A DNA stretch of 64,000 bases, from the NCBI RefSeq assembly GCF_009914755.1, contig NC_060945.1, one strand, 5' to 3'. Under the pieces are notes generated by a model. The model saw only the letters and a list, made by a program, of their open reading frames with translations, was not told the DNA's origin and did no database searches. This stretch comes from the human T2T-CHM13v2.0 reference genome, Homo sapiens. A program made the translations under genes and the position numbers. Positions 60,057 to 64,000 of this stretch are shown here, in pieces; position 1 is the first letter of the stretch, and each line of letters opens with the position of its first letter.

Positions 60057-60204
60057 CTGTGTACTGCTTGGCTGGTGGAGGGCTCTAATATGAACTTGGA
60101 CCTCTGCCGATGGGCTTGCTGCGATGCATGATGTACAGACACCTGCACTGATAGCCATGAGATTCATGCTGTTGTATCAATGTCATACCTCACAGGCCTA
60201 ACAA
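60057..60204 (+). other. Candidate 148-nt non-coding exon
   Basis: Acceptor cattcttttgcag|CTGTG, donor ACAA|gtaagt, GC step-up versus AT-rich flanks; stops in all three frames. Confidence 0.35.
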
Positions 60205-60339
60205 GTAAGTACAAACCTAGGAAGTAAGAAAAACATTCACACTGAAAAAAGACTAGCTGGGGATCTGATATTTCTTAGTTTGTAACCTGGACAGAAGTCT
60301 CCCATACAGAACTCCGCTGGCAATCCAGATTTGGGCATC

Positions 60340-60700
60340 ATCTTTTCAACAAACATTTGAGTTCCTTCTACGTTCTAGTGAGGAGGAAGTTGTAGACAGC
60401 TTGGGCAAGGCTCCTGCTGTAAGATAGTGTATAAGACAGACATTGATGAAATAGTAAAGAGGCAAATAAGATCATTACAGATTGTGATCATTGCTATGAA
60501 GAAAATCAGCAAGTTGATACCTAAGAGAGTAACCAGGGCAGGGCCTTATAGAGAAAGTAATAGGAAGAGTAAATGAAACGATACAGTTGAGGTTAAGATT
60601 TAAGGACGTGAATGTGCTCGACATCCAAAAAGCCATGAAAAAAGAATTCCAGAGGAAGGGCAAAACTCTTGAAGAGAAAAGGAGCTTTCATTTGTTCAGC
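60340..60700 (-). mobile_element. L2 fragment
   Basis: ttcaacaaacatttgag...agacagaca...attacagattgtgat..tgctatgaagaaaa. Confidence 0.6.
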
Positions 60701-60830
60701 AAATGCTGTTATGCAAAACCTAAGTGTAATGACAAGGAGCGAAGAAATTCATGATCTGATAGCTTTTGTTCAGTATCTATCTTGGCCATATCTTGAGACT
60801 ATGGAGTGGCATTGATGGCACCTATATTTC

Positions 60831-61565
<735 letters not shown>

Positions 61566-62052
61566 GATGGCACCTATATTTCAACTTCACTTTTGTAGCT
61601 CATGTGTCCTTTGAGGCAGCTTGATTTTTAAGAATCAGGTGATATTAGCTAGAACCTCTTCCCACTGGGGGTAAAAGATTGGGAGGGGGAGCAGCACAGG
61701 CAGGAAACACAGATAAAAGTGTGGCTTGCATTTTTTCTAATCTTTTCTGGCTTGGAGTCTTTAATTTTGCCAACAAAATGCAGGAAATGACATATTTAGC
61801 CATTTTGAGAATTCTTATCTTTTTCCTCACCTAGTTGCTCCCAGTGAGAACTATCAAGGACACAAGGCATTTGTGTAAGTTGTCAATATTACCGAAGACA
61901 TAGGGTAATAGAAAGGGAGGTTACTGCTCAGCTTTATAGCAGATGAACTGTTGAGCTGAATATTTCACATTCTGCTTCTGTGGAGTCCCTTGAGCATTTC
62001 CGTCAACTCAGATTCTAGGTTTCTTTCCCATCTCTTTTCTTCTTCCTTTTAA

Positions 62053-62322
62053 AAAATTAAAGAAGTTTTAGTTGATGAATAATAATTGTATATATTTATG
62101 GGGTACAATGTGATGCTTTCAGATATATATACACACATCGTTGAATAATTAAATCAAGCTGATTAACATATCCATCACCACCTACTTAGTATTTTGTGTG
62201 TTTGGTGAAAACATTTAAAAGCTACTCAACAATTTTGAAATATACAGTATATTATTATTAACAATGGCCACCATGCTGTGCAATAGTTTCAGTTAGACAG
62301 GAGGTATAAGTTTTAGTGATCT
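62053..62322 (-). mobile_element. Short L1MA 3' end with 36-bp 5' inversion
   Basis: Antisense 3' UTR to 62286, then sense tttcagttagacaggagg...gtgatct; near-TSD tcttccttttaa / tcttcccctttaa. Confidence 0.8.
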
Positions 62323-63341
62323 TCCCCTTTAACTGCTCCCAGCAACTCCAACAAAATCCTGCTTAGCAGCCTTCAGAGTTGCCAACATTTACTCCTTCTT
62401 TGAGGGCTCAGCATTGCCAGTTGGAATGATGGTAGCTGTTGGCTTGGTGTGACTTGAAAGCCTAGCCTGCCCCAGAGTGTTTCCATCAGTGGTCAGACAA
62501 CAGCATCTGCAATTCTTACTATTACAGCCCTTCTTCTGTCTTACTCATGACCTCCAGAAGAGCCCTGAGTCTGCTGCCCAGAAGAAGAAAACCTCATAAC
62601 CAGTTTTCATGCCCCATCAGCCATTACAATTTTTTTTTTAAGGGAAAAGTAATTCTTCAGGTTGGTTGGAGAGTAGAGACAAAGAAGGGGGGGAATGGAA
62701 AAATAGCCCAAGCTTCTACCAGGAAAGCAGCATGATCCATGATGGGTCAACCCTGAGGGCTAGGGTAAGAGTGGGAGTATGTTTAGATATAGGACAAGGT
62801 GGCTTTGTAGGTATAGAATGGAAGCAGGAACTCCAAAGGATAGGTTTGTGCATGCGTGCGGTACATACCGTGCAGAGGAGAAAAGATACTGGCTTCAAGC
62901 TTTGTGTATGGCTCCCTCTGATCCTATAACCCAGACTGACTCAGTGACCTTGCCTGACCTTAGAGAAATTTTGCAGACGGACTACCTCATGAGCTCACCA
63001 AAGCAAAGTAGCTTGGATAGTTCTATATTTTAGCTAGAGGCAAGAATCTGTACTAAATATAAAGGTTTGCTGCCTTGTTTTTTATTTGCCCTTAAGAATT
63101 TTTATATTCAATATAATCTATATTTTTCCCCCAGAAGGACTCAGTAGATTACCTCCTTATTACTGATTTATTTAAAATTCCAGTTTTAGCAGAGAGAGGT
63201 TTCTCTTTAGTCTTTCCACAGACAGGTAAAATGCCAAATTAAACATGTAAGGAGTCCAAGTAAAAGGAATACTGATTAATCGGTATCTTATTTATCTTTG
63301 GAACATTTAGCAATCCTCTTTCTTTAAATAGGGAACTTATG

Positions 63342-63768
<427 letters not shown>

Positions 63769-64000
63769 TTAGTTTACAAATTTTGGAAAAGCTGGTATTG
63801 ATTTCTTATATATATTTATTCAAATCATTTCTGAATTTATGTTTAAAATGTTAAAGCATACTGAATTGTATAAAAACAAAATAAAAAGTGCCTTGAATCC
63901 TTCTATCACTACCCAGAATGATCCACTATTAATATATTGGTCTACTTTCTTCTTGTCTTTTTTCTATTCAGGTATATTAGTGCGTATATAAATATACACA

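Overview
Primate, most likely human or great-ape, AT-rich genomic DNA that looks intronic or intergenic. Well over half of it is interspersed repeat. I find 22 Alus (J, S and Y types, most with readable target-site duplications), many LINE-1 pieces including two long degenerate copies (old L1M/L1MA-type at about 15.5-21.2 kb, L1PB-type at about 49.7-56.4 kb), MaLR/ERVL/ERV1 LTRs, Tigger/hAT DNA-transposon fossils, MIR/L2 fragments and microsatellites. I cannot support any intact protein-coding gene, RNA gene or CRISPR array; nearly all ORFs in the track are repeat-derived. I also cannot claim a new biological system. The best signals are fossil rearrangements that can be read base by base. The first is a THE1C provirus whose 3' LTR plus 227 bp of host DNA was inverted, with a 57-bp duplication and loss of most internal sequence. 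The second is a 54-bp templated copy of downstream DNA sitting at the start of a ~540-bp purine-pyrimidine VNTR inside an L1. There are also two twin-primed L1s, a 105/315-bp higher-order monomer array in an old L1 5' UTR, and a candidate minus-strand spliced transcript with a Kozak-context small ORF. Repeat subfamily names come from my recall of consensus sequences and need Dfam/RepeatMasker confirmation. Boundaries of old repeats are approximate.
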